Assembly: GCA_046861645.1 (NCBI GenBank)
Contig: JBHHUM010000039.1
Span: 1 to 18,676, forward strand
From: Fidelibacterota bacterium
GTDB taxonomy: Bacteria > Fidelibacterota > Marinisomatia > Marinisomatales > UBA2128
Direction: 5' to 3'
Length of the DNA stretch: 18,676 nucleotides
In this document: positions 16,813 to 18,676 of the stretch, piece by piece
Numbering within the stretch: position 1 is the stretch's first letter
Layout of the letters: the number at the start of each line of letters is the position of its first letter
Made by a program: the position numbers and the translations under genes
The notes under the pieces: generated by a model
Database searches by the model: none
The model's input: only the letters and a program-made list of their open reading frames with translations
Told to the model about the DNA's origin: nothing

Positions 16813-18393
16813 ATGAACTATGATGCTATCATAATCGGGGCAGGACATAATGGTCTTGTTTGTGCAGCCTATCTGGCAAAAGCGGGTAAGAAAGTAGCTA
16901 TTCTGGAGAGGCGTTCAGTGATCGGTGGTTGTGCTGTGACTGAAGAAATTTTCCCTGGCTGTAAGATTTCCCGGGCAGCTTATGTCAATTCACTCTTCCG
17001 ACCAGAAATCATTAGAGAACTCAAACTACCTCACTATGGACTTCAACTATTACCACGAAACCCCGCCAGTTTCACACCATTTCCCGACAACAGGTATTTG
17101 ATTCTAGGATCAGGAATTACACAAGATCAAAAAGAGATAGCTAAATTTTCCCAAAGTGACGCCCTTCGTTATCCAGAATATGAAATAATGTTGAACCGTT
17201 TGGTTCAATTCGTAGAACCTTTATGGAAAAATCCTCCTCCTGCCCCTTTATCCAACCATTTAGGTGACTTTTGGAGGTTGTTTTCATTAGCTTTAAAAAC
17301 CCGACGCTCTGGAGAAGAATTCATCCAGGAGATAGTGGAGTTGTTCACTCTTTCTGCAGGTGATCTTCTTGACCGCTGGTTCGAATCAGAGGGCTTGAAA
17401 GCTACATTAGCTACTGACGGGGTCATCGGTGCCCTGGCAGGACCTTATACGCCTGGTACGGCTTATGTTCTTCTGCATCATGTCTTTGGTGAGACAAACG
17501 GGAAACGCGGCGTTTGGGCCTATGTACGGGGAGGAATGGGCTCCCTCAGCGATGCTATCGCCTCGGTATGTCGTGACCTCGATGTTGATATCTTTCTTGA
17601 GAGTTGCGTCGAACAAATCTCACTCAATCATAGAGCAACTGGTGTCACACTAACTGATGGTAGAGAATTAACTTCAAAATGTGTGGTCTCTTCCATTGAT
17701 CCACAAGTCACTTTTCTAGGACTTCTTACTCAAAATGATCTTTCTTCAGAATTCAAATCTAAAATAGAGAAAATGGATTTCCGCTCTGCAACCCTTAAAA
17801 TGAATCTTCACCTGTCAGAGCTACCTGACTTTAATGCACTTCCGGGTAAAACCCCTGGTCCTCAACATTTCGGCACTATTCACCTCTCCCCTACCATGGA
17901 ATTTGTAGAAAGAGCCTATGATGACGTTAAATACGGTCATCCATCGCAACACCCTATGATTGAGGCAACCCTACCTTCCACTCTGGATGATAGTCTGGCA
18001 CCTGAGGGAGAGCATGTCATGGGTATTTTCTGTCAGTATGCTCCTTATACACTCAAGAACGGCGATTGGGAGACTGAGAAAACTGCTTTTGCTAATCGCA
18101 TTATAGACGACTTTTCTGAATATGCTCCCAACTTTCGAAATTCCATTATAGAATACGAACTCCTGACACCACCTGACATGGAACGTATCTTCGGCCTTAC
18201 TGGGGGCAATATCTTCCACGGAGCTATGACTCCCAATCAGCTCTTTTTCATGCGTCCTGTTTTGGGATGGGCAGATCACCGGACTCCTGTAAAGGGACTC
18301 TATCTGTGTGGTTCAGGTACACATCCAGGTGGTGGTGTTACCGGTGCCCCGGGCCGGAATGCAGCGCAGGTTGTACTTCGAGATCTCCGGTAG
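16813..18393 (+). CDS. Phytoene dehydrogenase-like NAD(P)/FAD oxidoreductase (PYROXD2-like)
   Basis: YDAIIIGAGHNGL FAD motif, RGGMG, GGNIFHG and LYLCGSGTHPGGGVTGAPGRNAA. Start moved to ATG 16813. Confidence 0.92.
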   Translation: MNYDAIIIGAGHNGLVCAAYLAKAGKKVAILERRSVIGGCAVTEEIFPGCKISRAAYVNSLFRPEIIRELKLPHYGLQLLPRNPASFTPFPDNRYLILGSGITQDQKEIAKFSQSDALRYPEYEIMLNRLVQFVEPLWKNPPPAPLSNHLGDFWRLFSLALKTRRSGEEFIQEIVELFTLSAGDLLDRWFESEGLKATLATDGVIGALAGPYTPGTAYVLLHHVFGETNGKRGVWAYVRGGMGSLSDAIASVCRDLDVDIFLESCVEQISLNHRATGVTLTDGRELTSKCVVSSIDPQVTFLGLLTQNDLSSEFKSKIEKMDFRSATLKMNLHLSELPDFNALPGKTPGPQHFGTIHLSPTMEFVERAYDDVKYGHPSQHPMIEATLPSTLDDSLAPEGEHVMGIFCQYAPYTLKNGDWETEKTAFANRIIDDFSEYAPNFRNSIIEYELLTPPDMERIFGLTGGNIFHGAMTPNQLFFMRPVLGWADHRTPVKGLYLCGSGTHPGGGVTGAPGRNAAQVVLRDLR

Positions 18394-18426
18394 ACTCTAA
18401 AAGATCAGAACTTTTACTCTTTGTAC

Positions 18427-18443
18427 GAAAGATGACATCTTTC
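18427..18443. repeat. Palindrome next to the RAYT-like gene (REP-like candidate)
   Basis: GAAAGATG-A-CATCTTTC, 28 nt beyond the transposase stop. Confidence 0.35.
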
Positions 18444-18471
18444 TTCTTTCTCTTTTTGATAGTGATGTTTT

Positions 18472-18675
18472 TTATTCGATCGTTAGATGTCTAATTCTGT
18501 CAATATTCTGAATTTCCTCATGGAATCTTACATATTCCTTCAATCCTCCAAACCATTCCAATAATTCCTTTCCCTTCAATTTGCTTGGATAATCGCCTTG
18601 AATTTTTTCATATGAGCTCAACTCATATGTTTTGAAGTCTTCTGTAATTCTATGCCTTTCTGGATTCGAATGGAT
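18472..18675 (-). mobile_element. 3' end of a RAYT/IS200-like (Y1) tyrosine transposase, partial
   Basis: Manual translation: IHSNPERHRITEDFKTYELSSYEKIQGDYPSKLKGKELLEWFGGLKEYVRFHEEIQNIDRIRHLTIE*. The (Y)IHxNP, YxxSSY and LxWFGG..FH pattern is typical of RAYT C-termini. The 5' part is outside the window. Confidence 0.72.
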
Positions 18676-18676
18676 G

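Overview
AT-rich bacterial chromosomal window; an FCB-group/Marinimicrobia-like origin is a guess from promoter style, lipoboxes and gene content. Left part: a truncated tRNA-Leu-like gene abutting the start of a second tRNA-Leu, a decayed GIY-YIG-type nuclease, a transglutaminase-like gene, and a tandem GAPDH pair whose first copy lacks the catalytic Cys. Next come tRNA-Cys and a TlpA-like thioredoxin. The main finding follows: the ORF track splits one 425-aa lipoprotein (4852..6129) at an in-frame TGA in a CGU motif followed by an fdhF-like SECIS. It is a UshA-like selenoprotein with degenerate phosphoesterase motifs, apparently leaderless, and translationally coupled to a membrane rhodanese and a MauE/DoxX protein. 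After tRNA-Gly and tRNA-Ala lies a TAG-interrupted small GIY-YIG nuclease. A block of minus-strand accessory genes follows: bactofilin-like membrane protein, PmbA/TldD with an uncalled 40-aa ORF coupled to tldD, a membrane protein, diheme cytochrome c, circularly permuted GH114-like protein and an NPP-type phosphodiesterase. The right end holds an uncalled 39-aa lipoprotein with a structured terminator/antiterminator-like 3' RNA, a phytoene-dehydrogenase-like oxidoreductase, and the 3' end of a RAYT/IS200-like transposase next to a palindrome.
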